This document shows, in pieces, positions 63,993-64,000 of a stretch of DNA of 64,000 bases. Numbering within the stretch: the stretch's first letter is position 1; each line of letters starts with the position of its first letter. This stretch comes from a virus. The DNA is taken from positions 32,001 through 96,000 of IMG/VR virus record IMGVR_UViG_3300032334_001937; one strand, 5' to 3'. The notes under the pieces were generated by a model that saw nothing but the letters and a program-made list of their open reading frames with translations, searched no databases and was not told the DNA's origin. The position numbers and the translations under genes were made by a program.

Positions 63993-64000
63993 GTACCCTG

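Noticed and set aside
1-64000. tRNA genes, integrase, transposase
   Set aside because: No cloverleaf/T-loop pattern seen in the short intergenic regions and no recombinase or transposase ORF recognised; a tRNAscan run would be needed to be certain

Overview
A 64-kb segment of an AT-rich tailed dsDNA phage, with almost all genes on the minus strand. The siphovirus-type morphogenesis genes and many leaderless extended -10 promoters suggest a freshwater actinobacterial host (inference). Left to right it contains: a recombination/replication module (RuvC-like, Cas4-like nuclease, RecA, MazG-like, DnaE, SSB, primase, DnaB); tail genes including a 2596-aa tape measure protein carrying putative ADP-ribosyltransferase and OmpA-like cargo domains; head genes (capsid, protease-scaffold, portal; no terminase in the window); a class II ribonucleotide reductase; a 9-kb modification cluster; fibre/decoration genes; a lytic transglycosylase; and a divergent plus-strand block. 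The standout feature is a candidate protein-modification system at 43352-52676. It has eight prolyl-hydroxylase-like 2OG-Fe(II) oxygenases, two DUF6065/dUTPase-fold-like proteins and a Skp1-type hydroxyproline GlcNAc-transferase-like gene. These lie directly downstream of an FN3 protein ending in a 75-aa Pro/Phe/Tyr repeat (…VPPYFRDTRF). A second virion-type protein 39 kb away ends in the same tag, with near-identical DNA. All family assignments come from motif recognition by eye; no database searches were run.
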